64,000 bases of DNA from Paragordius varius (Eukaryota > Animalia > Nematomorpha). This document shows, one piece after another, positions 12,875-32,141 of this stretch. A model generated the notes under the pieces. That model was not told where the DNA came from. It searched no databases and was given only the letters and a program-made list of their open reading frames with translations. The stretch is from NCBI GenBank assembly GCA_964247055.1, contig OZ176052.1, positions 10,044,001-10,108,000 on the forward strand, given 5' to 3'. The first letter of the stretch is position 1. The number at the start of each line of letters is the position of its first letter. The translations under genes were made by a program, and so were the position numbers.

Positions 12875-13904
12875 ATGTACGGCGTTAATTTGGAAAATTA
12901 TATTGATAGTTTGGATACATTGCCATCAGAAATGAGGAAGAAATTCAATAATATGCGAGATTTAGATAAAAAGGTTATTGAAAATTTAAAAACCATTGAC
13001 GTCGCTAGTCAAACATATTTGAACGATTATCATAAATTAGCTTCTACAGAACGTGCAGAATTATACAAAAATATAAATAAGAAATATAAAAAATGCAAAG
13101 ATATGTCAGATACAAAAATTCAATTGGCAGTTCAAACATATGAAATGATTGATAAACATATTCGTCGATTAGATGCTGAACTGGCGAAATTTGAAGCCAA
13201 GTTAAAGCACAAAGCATCTCTAGCATTAAATTCTTCTATGCCGCAACAAACTAATACAGATGGTGCCTGTCGAAATTTATTTTCCAACAAATCGGTCACT
13301 CTTAGCAAAGATCAAAAAAGAAAAGGTTTGACAATCTATATTTGTTTAACATATTGTGGTTGTCAAAATATGTGTATAAAGTATTTTTAAATACGTAATA
13401 ATTAACTATCTAATCTAAAACTATTATTCACACTTATATCAATATTTGTTAATATATTCTGGACATATATGCTTTTCAGGTAAAGGCAAAGCACAAAAGG
13501 CAACATCGAGTTCTTACAATGATGCGTCTACTCCTGCGCCCACTCCTGTCCCTGGTTTGGATGATCAATCGTTGGAATTGTTAATGCCTACCCTTTCCAC
13601 TTTTTCGCATTCTTCCCAAATTTTGGATATGCCTGTTGATCCAAATGAACCCACATATTGTGTTTGTCACCAAGTGTCTTACGGTGAAATGATTGGTTGT
13701 GATAACCCAGATTGTCCTGTTGAATGGTTTCATTTTGGGTGTGTTGGCCTGACCCATAAACCTAAAGGCAAATGGTTTTGCCCCAATTGTAATTCCATAT
13801 TTTCGGGTGGGACAGGAAATAGAAACAATACTTTAATCCCTTTAAATAACGCAAATTCTAATACTATAACAGCTAATGCTGCCAAACATCGAAAAACTTC
13901 ATGA
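12875..13904 (+). CDS. ING4: Inhibitor of growth protein, ING4/ING5-like (PHD finger), ~291 aa; join(12875..13325,13480..13904)
   Basis: N-terminal [19 protein letters not shown] helical domain and [45 protein letters not shown]...[10 protein letters not shown] 154-nt phase-1 GT-AG intron joins the two ORFs in frame. ING4 vs ING5 is not resolvable here. Confidence 0.95.
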
Positions 13905-14426
13905 TTTGTTTTTTTCATTAATTATGCTTATGTGTAAATTAATATAAAAATTTTTGTGATATACGATTTCATATTATGATTGTATTAGCATAGCTATATA
14001 TAAATTCGTATCGTCTTCGTTCGATTTTGGTCATCCATATAATATACCACAAAATTTAAGTTGTTTGTGATTGAGCAGACACGTGTTTGGTCTAAAAAAT
14101 TAAATGACAAAGAAATCGAGCTCTCCTGCAAATATTCATGGATATCAAAAATTTACATTTACACGCGGGTGAACTCGGGTGCTAATTTTAAATTATAAAA
14201 CGTTTTACACTCATTTTAGGATTATATATAAAAAAATTCTTTTTTACCTTGTGCAAACTAATTTTAACAGAGCTAGGCCACCATCAGTGCACTTAATAAT
14301 AGTAGTTAAATATTACTATTAAATGAAATGAGCCAATATATATGCTAAAAATGTCAAAGCCCAAATATATCAGGGGTCTTTAACTAATTTTGTATACCAA
14401 AGCGATTTTAAATTAGAATATTCAAA

Positions 14427-14666
14427 TGAGGTGCTCAACATGCGGCCCTCCGAGTTATTATTTTCGGCGCGCGTTAGAAAAATTTGCTTACAAAATTTTA
14501 ATAATATTGATGTTTCACAAACGAATTTTCAGGTCTATCCATCTGGCAACGAATTTGAAAGTTATACGTTTGATTTTTACAGTCTTATGTTTGAAATCCA
14601 AAAAAATATTTAATAATATATTTATTTGGAATGCGGCCCTTGAAGCCATTTTTTTGGACACCCCTC
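14427..14666 (+). mobile_element. hAT-like MITE (degenerate)
   Basis: Ends GAGGTGCTCAAC...TTGGACACCCCTC with internal ATGCGGCCC motifs. Right half is homologous to 62858-62952 and TIR is similar to 17129. Confidence 0.55.
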
Positions 14667-14935
14667 ATTATAAATTTAGTTAATCTTAAATTTTATGTGC
14701 TAAAAGTGCTTTTAGAGAGCATAAAGAAACTAAAGATTAAGGTATTTTGGTTATTATAAAAAATATGAAGCATAAATTGATTTACAGAAATCTTTACGGG
14801 ATAATTTCATCATCTTCTAATTTTATTAGTTCGGTCTCATCAGATGATTTCTTTGTTTGAAAAAATGTAGTTATCGAAACTCCTTATTTTGCTCATCCTC
14901 TCAGGTTTGGTGATACAAATAATTTGCTCAATAAA

Positions 14936-20809
<5,874 letters not shown>

Positions 20810-22817
20810 TGACAAATACTTTGGGTATTTATTCCCAAATCCTCAAAAGTGCATTAATACTTTTATATGTGTGTCTGTTAAAAATTTGGTTAAATTTTAA
20901 ATTAGATATTATATTACAAATAAAAATCACACCACCACCACCGAATTTTTTATTATTCCCGGTTTTAGAAAATGATCATTTCATTATTACATTGATCTCT
21001 GGGTTTTATCTTTTAATTTATTTTGACTATGACGATTCTCTCTCTCTCTATCTTGTATGTATCTCATGGAATATTACATGTATTATTGATGTACTTATAC
21101 TATAAAAGAGTAAGACCTATGCATTCAATTATGATATTACCATAATTTAAATAGTTAGTTATAATATCTAAAAAAGTCTATAATTAAAAATTAATATATA
21201 TATATATATATATTATATATATACAATATATTTAAGGGTAAGGAAAGATAAATAAACTATAAATTAATCTATATTATTGTTTAACTATACAATCAAAATA
21301 CATTTTACGAGGTTATATATAACATTTTAGATTGATTTATATATCTACAAATCACCCATAAATATGTTTAAAATTTAAACATTTAATCCAATAATGCCAA
21401 TCCAATATCATATAATATATATGCTTGTAGATAACGCCTGTGCTATATAATTTATGTAATTTTATTTATAACATATTTGATTACAAAATACATATTTTGC
21501 TATCTTATCTAATATTAATTATGTTTTTATGATGCCATATTTTTTATCCCTTTTATAAAGGATATTACAATTAGATGTTGAATAAATATTACCCATTTTT
21601 TATGTATTTCCAACTTTCTTTAAATATGGTTTTTAAATAGATATGTTTTTATTAGCATTTAGCCTAATAAAACTACATCCTCAATTGGAAATGAGTTTAT
21701 TAATTTGTTAATCATATATTGGATACGGGAAAAATTTCTTATTTAAGTTTACTTAATAATAAAAATATAAATTAAAAAATCATTATTAGCTGCCTGAAAA
21801 TGAATAATGTTCATATAAAATTTCTGGCCTATTATCATCAAATTATTAAAGGAGCCAATTAACCAATGCTTCATATGGATATTGAAGGGTCTTGAAAAAG
21901 TACTATGTGCAACTTACCAACTAATTTTTTTCTTATCTAAACTAATCAGGGTTGTACAAATTAATATGCAAAACAAATTTAGCATCAATCAACCAATTAT
22001 TTCATATTTTGCATAAAATGCTTAGTATTTATTAACAAAGTCTAAAAGAAGATTTCGCTTTGTTCAGTCAATAAGCAAAACTGGTGCTAAATACCGAATT
22101 TAGTTAAACCTATTATAATACAATAAATATTGAGCTTAAAACGTAAAAACCAAAAGTACAAAAAAGTTTTTTAAAAGGTAACCATACTTTTTAAAACTTT
22201 CATTTTTTATTATAACTCATCGTTTTCGGTTGCAAAATAGGAAATAAGGATGGGAAAAATTAAAGTTAAAATATATTTTTATCTATTAGTTTTATATTTT
22301 GTCTGTATATTTAAATTTTCAGCGTTATTAATTTGAAATAATTTAGTTCTTTGAGAAAAGTTTAGTATATAGGTATTTTTAGTTGACACAACATTCATAA
22401 ATATCAAATTTAAAGAATTTTTTCGTTTTTTAAATTACGATATACTCAAGACATTTTGCCTTCTTACTGTACATATGATGATAATTAGCTATGAATTTCT
22501 TAAGTTATTATAAGGGGAGGGGAGTAAGCCAAATTCTCTAAAAAAATAATTTTTTTGAAATCTTAAAAGCATTACAATCATCCAAATTTAAACAGTAGTT
22601 GTACTAGGAAAACAGCTTTGATCGTATCTAATTATATTTGAAAATTTAATTATTTGAAATTTCAAGTATAAATAATTAAAAATCTATAATAATAAAAATT
22701 CTCGTAGCTATCTGTTGAACTATGTAACATATTTTTTCAATTAAATAAATATTCCATTTATTCAAAATATAAATAACATTTTTAAAATATAAATAATTTA
22801 CTAATAATATTAATGAG

Positions 22818-25402
22818 TTAATCATCCAAATCTTCTTGATATATTATGACCATCGGGTTGGGATTGTTACTGTCGGAATCGTCGGAACTAAAATTTTGAG
22901 AATGTTACATGATAGCTTTTGTATGTAAAAATAAGCATATAATTAACTCTCTTTTTATAATAATATATTAGAAGTATTTAGAGAACCCAAATTTAAGCAT
23001 AAGGAACAACACAAATACATAAACGGAAGCGATTTTAAAACGGCATTACAATGGTTTACAAAAATTAAATTTTGTTTGAATTCGATATTCTCATTATAAA
23101 TTTTCGGTTTTTGATCATTTTTAAAAAATCCAATTTTCTTATTGGTTTTATTAAAAAATTTAGATAAATAATTATCCATAAATTTGGCATATATAAAATT
23201 GTCAACTATTTCTCCATACTTTAAATATTTTTACAACCCCTTAATACTAAAATGAAAAGGGTGCTATGTCACCCATTACGAGATTGTTAGATCAAGCGAA
23301 TACCAAATAATAGATTTTTCGTATTTGAAATAATTCAGATTTTATAAATACTTGTAATCAGTTTTTTTGGTATCTTCATTATTTTCATTTGATTCCGTTT
23401 TAGTTTGATTGTTGTTTCCTTGATTGTATGGTGGTGATTTTATGTCACCGAGGTCAAAAAATGAGTAATCTAAACTATCCGATGTTACTGGACAAAAATT
23501 ATCTATTGCATTTGGTAGGGGCGGATTAATTGCAACGGTACCAGGATAATTATTTTGGTTTACATCTTTGTTTTTGGCCACGACATTGGTTATTTTTGAA
23601 TCGGGAGTATTAACTACAAATATAAATTTATATAATTTTTAGTTTCTATATGTTGCGAACGAAAAATCTAAAATATCAAATTTTCTTCATTAGTTGATAA
23701 TGTATTTGACAGTATTTTAAGAAATTTAAACGGGTAAAATTATTTTGCATAATTTAGTTGCAACATATATTTTAAATTCAAAAAGACCCGTTTGAAATAG
23801 TTCTCAAATTTAAAAAAATATTATTCCATTTTTTGCAGTCTCAAAATAGTTTGGCAAAAGAGAAAATGCAGATCTAAAACAATTTTTAACCTAAATAAAG
23901 ATTATTTAGTCCAAAAACAGAAACATAATTTATTTTTTTAAGTAAAATTCATATATTCCAATGTACCGTTTTTAAAAAAAAATTGGTTTCTAATAATTTT
24001 GTAAATTATAAAGTTGTCAAGTTAATGTTATAAATTAATTAAAACGGGTTCCAAAAATTATGTAATTAGTTTTAAAAATATTTAATATACAATTTACAAT
24101 AAAAATTCACCCTTCAATTCAAATTCACTCAAGCAAATCAATTTTTACAATTTAAATTTATCTTTGAACAGTTTAAATTCAGCTGAAATTATGTGTTTTT
24201 GGGCTTGTAGAGCTCATTATTAATATGAAATATATCTTTATGGCTTAGTTTATTAATTTTTCAGTATTAATTTAATTTTTAACAAAATTTCCCTTTAATA
24301 TATGTAATTTTTATTATTCAATTATATATAATTTATGAATTGTTCAAGAGTAAATTTGAAATGTAAATGGTTATCATGAAAATAACAAAAACCATTACCA
24401 TGTGATGATTGGTTATTGGGGGTCAAATCATTTTTGAGAAGAGTATTTTGTGAAATTTTTGGTGTTTCGGGTAAATAAAACCTAATATATAAACAAAAAT
24501 ATGATTAAAATACTAATGATAAATTTGATGTATGGCGAGATAGTTTACTAAAATGATCGCTCGAAAGCGCAATTTATATAACCTAATCCTTATCACTATT
24601 GGTAAATGTAATAAATCAATAAAGTTTATTAATCTTACAATAATGCATAAAAAGTATTTTATCATAAAAGCTTTATTAAAATAACATTTGATTGCACCAG
24701 AGTTTGAAACCAAACTAAGATATATCCATCATCATCATTATATAAATATTTTTATCATAATTAATGGCATATTTCATTCTCCCAAAAGTGTATAATTCGG
24801 GCTCTATTGTCAAATGTTATAGGTCAAATTTAAAAAAGATTGTAACACATTTTTATATGCATAAAGTATTATTATAAAAGTAGAAATGAATTAATGATAT
24901 GCATTTTATAAAAAAAAGCAAAGCCATATGATATGTACATTATAAATATATACCCATGATCGGTTTCAGTAGATTGAGGATGTAATTTTAATTCTTCAAG
25001 AACAATATGGATATTTTCCGAATTCGTAGCGAGTTGTGACAAAAGACTTTCCCGCTAGTATATTTGTAATATATATATATATATATATATAAGTATATAT
25101 ATATATATATATATATATTAGCTTATTGAGCGTATAAGACTAACATTGATTGCTATTAAATATAAAAATTGTTGAAGACAGCATTAATAAATAAGTTTTT
25201 TTAATGTTTCTTAAACATATTATTTAAAATTATTTTATAGTGAAACCCCTTTTGTAAGTTGACCTTAATCAATTTATATTTTTTAATCATTTTTATAACG
25301 ATGTCCGATTTATTGGTTTATGTTGCTGTCCCAAAATATTTATATAAAAATATATTTTTTTATACTATACTTAAAAGGGTTTTACATGCTAAATAGAATC
25401 AT

Positions 25403-25441
<39 letters not shown>

Positions 25442-26649
25442 GCAAACCTCAAGCTCTAAAAATGGAAGATTAAAAAATTTATGAATATATTTCAGGCCAT
25501 AATTGTTTTTCATTGAACTTTCGATAACCTTGATATGGGTTGCGGCAATCAATTGATTTCTATAATAAATATATAGATTTAATGTATCTAAAAAAGAGAA
25601 GGCAAAAAAAGCTAATCTAAGTTATTTATCAATAGGTCAACAATATCAAACTTTAAAAAATATTTTAAACCGTTAGGCCTTAAATAAAAATCTCATCAAT
25701 TACTATATATATAATTTTCATTCATTATTATTTTTAAAGTTTATCTTATCGGTCTACATTTTAATAGTGTTTAAAAAATGCAGTATTTGGTTAAAAGCAG
25801 TTAAGCTCCAAAACAACCTATATTTGTTATTATACGATTTTAAGTATTTTGTGTTTATTAGAGTGACATTTTATGTTCAATTGTCATCGATTAAAAAAAT
25901 AAAATAAATGTATTACTGTATTTTTTTAAAATTTATCTTTAAAAAATGCAAAAGTATACTTGGATTTGATTGTATTTATCATACTATAAATATCATCCAA
26001 ACTAATGACTTGTTTATGTTCTAAATCTCGTTTATTAGCAAGAATTAATATGGGTATAGAGCATGTCAATTTTTCAATGTCGTTTAATATATAATCCAAA
26101 GTCCTGCATAATTATTAAATACTATACCATTTTCTGGTAACATCCAAAACGTATAAGATACCGTGTGTTCCTTTATGAACATCAATATTGTTGGAGTCTA
26201 AAATTCCAAAATCTAAATTATTCTAAAAATAAAAATCGGTCAACTTTGTTATTATTAAATTTTATGCCATTGTCTGTTATTTTAAGACCGTTGTCAACAA
26301 TATCCCATATTTCAACTTTGACAACAGTATTTGTGTTTTTAAAATTCCAATTAATATTTGCAATCTAAATTATAAAAAAATTTAACTTGAATCTGAAGAG
26401 TTGGATTATATTTATCGTGAAAATCCATTCCTTGCAACCTGTTAAATAACGATGTTTTCCCAACATTTTTATCACCTTTTATAATAATCTTCACTAAAAA
26501 TATTAAATAAATATACTATTATATGACACCCCATTTGAATATTTATCTTGCAATTCTTTTTCCAATGATTTTATGTTATTGTTGTTTAATGTGTTTGTTA
26601 AAGGAGGCGAGATAGCTTGAATTAATATTTTTTTAAAAGTTTCAAGCAT
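22818..26649 (-). CDS. RABL6: Rab-like protein 6 (RBEL1/PARF), ~408 aa; exons 26649-26517, 26493-26387, 26364-26245, 26222-26128, 26103-25960, 25559-25448, 25054-24954, 24481-24399, 23613-23352, 22887-22818
   Basis: Spliced translation: MLETFKK...[28 protein letters not shown]...[12 protein letters not shown]...[24 protein letters not shown]...ILANKRD...[33 protein letters not shown] and C-terminal [13 protein letters not shown], all matching RABL6 blocks. Summed exons are 1227 nt, in frame. The 3' low-complexity exons are less certain. Confidence 0.92.
25067..25120. repeat. (TA)n microsatellite (others near 21200, 25407-25438, 38411-38455, 50761-50810, 58115-58160, 62433-62462)
   Basis: Direct reading of TA runs. 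Confidence 0.95.
26104..26516 (-). other. Four consecutive micro-introns in RABL6: 26494-26516 (23 nt), 26365-26386 (22), 26223-26244 (22), 26104-26127 (24)
   Basis: GTATATTTATTTAATATTTTTAG, GTTAAATTTTTTTATAATTTAG, GTTGACCGATTTTTATTTTTAG, GTATAGTATTTAATAATTATGCAG; each is needed to keep the GTPase domain in frame and colinear. Confidence 0.9.
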
Positions 26650-27488
26650 CGTTTAAAATGTCATATGCTGACTAACGAGGAAGCGGGTAATTTATAAAAA
26701 TGGATCAGAGTCCTATCGCTATTATTCACATTTTTAAATATTATCAAAATTATTTTGGTTATAAAAATTAGATTCTGGGACTGTATTATAAAAATTTCAA
26801 GTAACCAGCACGTTAGATCTACGATATCGATTAAAATATTCCGAATACATCATTTTAGTTTTTTGGGTTCACGAATTATTGACAATATATTAATTTATCC
26901 ATATCAGAAATATGATTTGATAACGGAATTATTTATTGTTTGTCGATTATATTTTGTGATAATTTTGCACCCATAAAGTTATAAGTAAACTACCATTTTG
27001 AAAGTTGTTTGATTTATAACTCAAACATTGTTCCCGGTACTAGATAAAAAATCTATTTCTAAATTCTAAAAAGTCCATAAATGATACCTCTAAAATCCGA
27101 TTAAAAACATTATGAATTCTGCTAAAATATAAAAAATAAAAAAAAATAAGTTAACGATGGTATTAGACAAATTAAAAAATGCCGCTACTGCGATCTGAAA
27201 TTAATATAACAGCGCCCTTGTTCTTTAATAAATATGTAGCGAAATTTTGCGAAACCCAATGAATAAGTTATGCTGGGAACAAATACAAAAACGCTTTTTT
27301 ATACCTCTTTTCAAAATAATTTTTGAATTTTTAACATTTTAATTAATAAATGTTTAATATTCTTTACCTTGAATATTACACAGAGAAATTCCACTAATAT
27401 CTAACCTTTAACACTGCGTAAAATGGGAGGGGGGTACCTAACAGATCGTGAATATATATATATGTATATATTTACAAATATATTATAT

Positions 27489-28519
27489 CACTGCGACCAA
27501 AATCGGAAGGGGGGGGGGGTAGAAAAAAGTAGTTTGATGAAATATATATATTTTATTAGATTATGGTACTTTTGGTCTTGGTCCTGCGAATATAAGAAAG
27601 TTGTTTATATTTTTGTGGTAGGTGTTCCGTATCATAAAATGGCAAAAGTTGCGCACATTTAAAAAAAATTTTTTTAATGAAAGCTGATTGCTTCATTAAC
27701 ACTAAAATATAATATAAATCACAAATAAAAATCAAAACAATAAATCCCAATTTTTTCTCTCTTCTAAAATTGACTAGTTCTCTCAAAAACACAAAAATGC
27801 TAGTATAAAAACGAATAAAGATATTATAAAAATACTTTTTTTAAATAATACGATGATGCTGAAAATTTCTATTTCCTCAGAATCTCGATCGAAGATTTGG
27901 CTCATCAACAAATATTTTGATATATAAATTGTATAAAGCAAAGAACTTAATTCTAAGGTGATAGAAATGTTTGGCATCATTGAATTACATAAAAAAGTGT
28001 TTTTTATTATAACTTTAAGCGTTTATACTGTTTCCATCTTGTCCTAATGCAGCATGAAGCACGCTTCAACATTGCTAAAAATTTAACTATTAGAAAAAGT
28101 ATGCATTTTCTAAAAATATTTATTATAATAAAACTTAGCATAAAAATAATATTTTTGTCGCGCAATCTCGGCGTTTTTGCGCTAATATTAAGTAAATCAG
28201 CTGGTTTTAGCAGTCCGAAAAAAATTGGGACTTTTAAATCCATATCTGAAAATTAAATAAATATTGTTTTGATTTTTATATGTAGATTTATGATATATTT
28301 CAGTAATATTTTTTGTGAAGCATTAAGCTCTCACCAAAATATTTTTATCAAACAATGTGCAATCTTGCCATTATAATATCGAGCTATTACCACAAAAAGG
28401 CAAATAATTTCTTTATATTAATCGTACATAAAAAGACACCATGAGAATCCGATACATTTTTTATCATAATATATGTATTTCATCAAATTTTTTTATACCC
28501 CCCGATTTTGGACGCAGTG
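27489..28519. mobile_element. Tc1/mariner-like non-autonomous foldback element (~1030 bp)
   Basis: Termini CACTGCGACCAAAATCGG...CCGATTTTGGACGCAGTG|TA with long imperfect inverted arms; homologous copies at 28525, 46640, 52090 and 53800. Confidence 0.72.
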
Positions 28520-28524
28520 TATAT

Positions 28525-28950
28525 ATATATCCTGATAGATAAATGTATGTGGATTCTCATGGGGCTTTAGATTTTAGGGCTTATAAATCATTTTCTAATA
28601 TATGACATTGAGTGAATTACTTGATATCGTAAAATAGCAAAATTAGAACACATTATGTTCGATAAATTTTATTTGTTTTAGCGATATGCCTTATTCGAAA
28701 AAATATAATTTAAAATGGTAAATCCACAAGTCGTAAATTTTTGAATCCCTTTAACATAGGCTAAAGTCTCAATATATAATTTTTTAATTTATCCTAAATT
28801 ATAGCATCAAAAATATATTTTTAAAAAATACCATACTTTGTTTAAAATTTAATTTTTAGAGAAATTTTGTTGAACCGCACTAATTTTAAAGCATGATGGA
28901 ACAATATAAAAGCGCTTTAAGATATTATAACCTTATTCCTATATAAATCG
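28525..28950 (+). mobile_element. Partial copy (left arm and centre) of the same foldback family
   Basis: CCTGATAGATAAATGTATGTGGATTCTCATGG and GCATGATGGAAC motifs are shared with 46641-47100. Boundaries approximate. Confidence 0.5.
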
Positions 28951-29449
28951 ATAATGCTAAACATTATAACCTCAGTTTGATTAAAATACTTTCATATTAA
29001 AATTTGTCTAAAATATATTATGTTTTATTGAATCCATTACATTTTGAAAATCAATTTTTAATAATCAATAAGTTTGTTTGTTCAGTTGGATCAAAGTGAA
29101 ATCTACACTCTGGAAATCGCGAAATCGTAAAAATTAAATCGTTTAACTCGGGATAAAAATTACCCTCAAATGTAGATTAAAAGCAATTAAGTTTTAAAGA
29201 GCGATCTATCGTTTTAATTTGTTCTAATCTTCAGTGCGCATTAATTTAAAAATAGATTAATAACATTGGGTGTTGTAGTTTTCAAAAAGCCAAAAATACC
29301 GTTATATAAAAACATATATAACTTTTTTAAAGCAAAGTACCAGTTTTTTAAAACTATTTATGGAATAAATAAAGGATTATTTGTGTTTATTTACGAATAT
29401 TTATTTTAACGAGTTTCATAATGAAAAAGAGAACACGCTCAAAAAAGGG

Positions 29450-32141
29450 GGTTAAAAAAATAAACGAACATGAGTTTTATCTAGATAAGCAATCCCTTGG
29501 AAAATAAGACCCAAAAATATAGGGAAAATGCGCCCCAAAATGAAAATATTCCATTTTTTCATTTTTGACTAGAAATAGATTTATGTCTATATTTTTTAAA
29601 CTTATTGAGCAAACACGATAAACCTTATATATTATATAAAACCCAATATATTCTTAAAAAAAGACATAAAATTTAATTCCACAAAAACAGAAATTCGCAA
29701 ATTTTATGACATTGTCGAAATATGTTAAAAAAATATTTGTAAAAACTCCATATTGTTATTCTTATTATTTAAGATTATGACTTATATTAAACATACCAAA
29801 GAGTTGTTATGTCTAATAAAGGCTATGTATCTGTTTAAGTCCCTCAAAAAATTTCTATTTTTGGAATATTTTCGTTATTTTTATTTCATTTTCCTCACAT
29901 GCTGCTCATTATTTCATAACAACATAAAGCCTCAATTTTCGAATGCGATTACTAAAAAAACCAGCAAAGCTCCAAAATTATGAAATTCCTACATAATTTT
30001 TGCAAACGAAGTTTGTATTTGACACTATCTTGGTAAGACCGGAACATGTTTATTTTAAAATTTTGCAGAAACCTAATTATATATTCTTGGATGTAAAAAA
30101 AGCTAAAAATTCTATTGAATAATCATATCTAATTATTATCTGTTTTTCAATATATATAATCGTAATAATTGCTGTTTTGGACTTTTGTTTGATTTACAAT
30201 TTGAGCAATAGAGTTTCTGGAAGTACATTATTTAAAAATTTCAGAATAATTTGATATTTCTATTTTGTATGTAACTAAAATTATATAAAGAATATATACG
30301 TGAAACTCAATATGCCATTAATATTATTTTTTACAAATAGAATTTTCCTTAGTAAGCTAAATATAGTGTATAGTAGGTAACTATTTGATTAGCAAATTAA
30401 GTTATTTATATTTCCAATGCTGCCTCTGCATATTAAATAGTATATAAACATTTACCCAAATTAATGTAATGGGAATTTCATAATTTTGGAGTTTTGCTGG
30501 TTTTTCTGCAATCGCATTTAATTGTGGCTTTGTGTTGTTCTGAAACAATGAGAAGCATGTGAGAAAAATGAAATAAAAATAACTAAAATATTCCAAAAAA
30601 TACAAATTTTTTGAGGGACTTAAAAAGATACATAGCCTTTATTACACTAGCCAACAAATTTTTCTGCCACTCTGGTATTTTGCATTTTCTGATATTTAGT
30701 ATCATTATAACAGTAAATCTGAAATAACAATTATAACTCGATGGAAGAATTTTGTATAATTTGATTTTTTTGATTATGCGGCCTGTTATCAAAATTTTAC
30801 TAAAAAATGTTTTTCTTTGAAAATATATGAGTAATGCCCATTTGTAATATATCATTCAAAAGAGTAATAAAAACTCTATAAAATGCATACTAATATGTAT
30901 TACATCTACAGTTAATATTGGACACAAAGAGCGACAAACGCGCGAAGAGAGAGCATTTTTTTAATCATCATATTTTTACTTATAGATGAAAATAGCTCAA
31001 ACTTTATTTGGATGGTGATGAATGTCCAAAAAAGATAAAACAGGAAAGTTTTTTTGATTAAAACATTTTTTTATTGCTTTTATGTCACTCAAAACAGCTA
31101 TTTTTAAGTTTTTTGTTTTTTAAAAATTACCATCTCATCAATATTAATTTATTTTCTATCGAGGCTGATAATTTCGAAATTTTAAAGATAAAAACAAAGT
31201 TTAAGGTATTTTTGATATTTTATAGCCATTATGTAATAAATTTACAGTTATAACTATGCATTTTAGTATCCACTAGGTAAAATATTTATGATGATAATAA
31301 TTTTTATTAAATAAGCAAACCAAAAGCTAATTCAAACATTTTTTTTAAATTAAATACTAATGTAACCCTAATAATTATATTAAAATAATTTATTTTCAAA
31401 TTAGTTTGTCTGTGAAAATTCTTGACTTATTTAAGGATTGAAAATTTCGACCATTTAAATCCAAATAACTTTTACATCCGATTGATTTAAATGACTTACT
31501 ACTATTTAAAAGATGCAGTTTTTTGCGCTCTTTCCAATGATATAAATACATGGCTTCATATCTTAAACTTTTAATTTTCGATTCGAGTTTAATGTTAAAT
31601 CGGGGCCAAAAATTATCGATTAATACTAATATTAAAAAAATTTTGAATGCTAGACAATTTTCTTTTCAGATATACTAATTATGTACTTTAATTAAATAAA
31701 TTTTAAATTTACAAGAATGGCAGTTAAAAAAAAGTAAAAAATTGTTGTCTAGTGTTAGACATACCAATTCTTTGGTATGTTTAATATAAGTCATAAACTT
31801 AAATAATAATAACAATATGGAATTTTTACAAATAATTTTTTTTTAACATATTTCGACAAATTCATAAAATTAAAAAATTTATATTTTTGTATAAATAAAA
31901 AATTTATTGATACTCTAAAATAATTTTATGTATATTGCTTAAGAATATATTAGGTTTTATATAATATATAAAAGTTTAATCGTGTTTGCTCAATAAGTTT
32001 AAAAATATGGACAAAAATCTATTTCTAGTCACAAATGAAAAAATGGAATATTTTCATTTTGGGGCGCAGGAGTCTCAATTTCCAAAGGATTTCTTATTAT
32101 TCTAGATAAAACTCATGTTCGTTTATTTTTTTATACGCACT
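29450..32141. mobile_element. Large foldback/TIR element with ~540-bp inverted arms; right arm interrupted by a CACTA element
   Basis: 29455-29990 is the reverse complement of 30455-30644 plus 31755-32135 (e.g. AAACGAACATGAGTTTTATCTAGA / TCTAGATAAAACTCATGTTCGTTT). Outer boundaries approximate. Confidence 0.8.
30645..31754. mobile_element. CACTA/EnSpm-like non-autonomous element, 1110 bp
   Basis: TTA|CACTAGCCAACAAATTT...AATTGTTGTCTAGTG|TTA. The 3-bp TSD is confirmed by the uninterrupted opposite arm (CTTTATTAGACATA). Confidence 0.85.

Noticed and set aside
14829-14870. Possible 42-nt intron extending MNK to the ATG at 14765
   Set aside because: Frame-compatible but without homology support, so left out of the model. 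If real it would be an intermediate-size intron upstream of a micro-intron and would weaken the size-gap and polarity claims.
22955-23179. 74-aa ORF with Cys cluster (zinc-finger-like)
   Set aside because: Cys/His spacing does not fit a known finger, and it lies in the inferred last RABL6 intron. An extra RABL6 exon is not excluded.
25030-25060. CGCTAGT resembling a second Helitron end
   Set aside because: No clean hairpin; it is the splice acceptor and first codons (RESLL) of RABL6 exon 7 on the minus strand.
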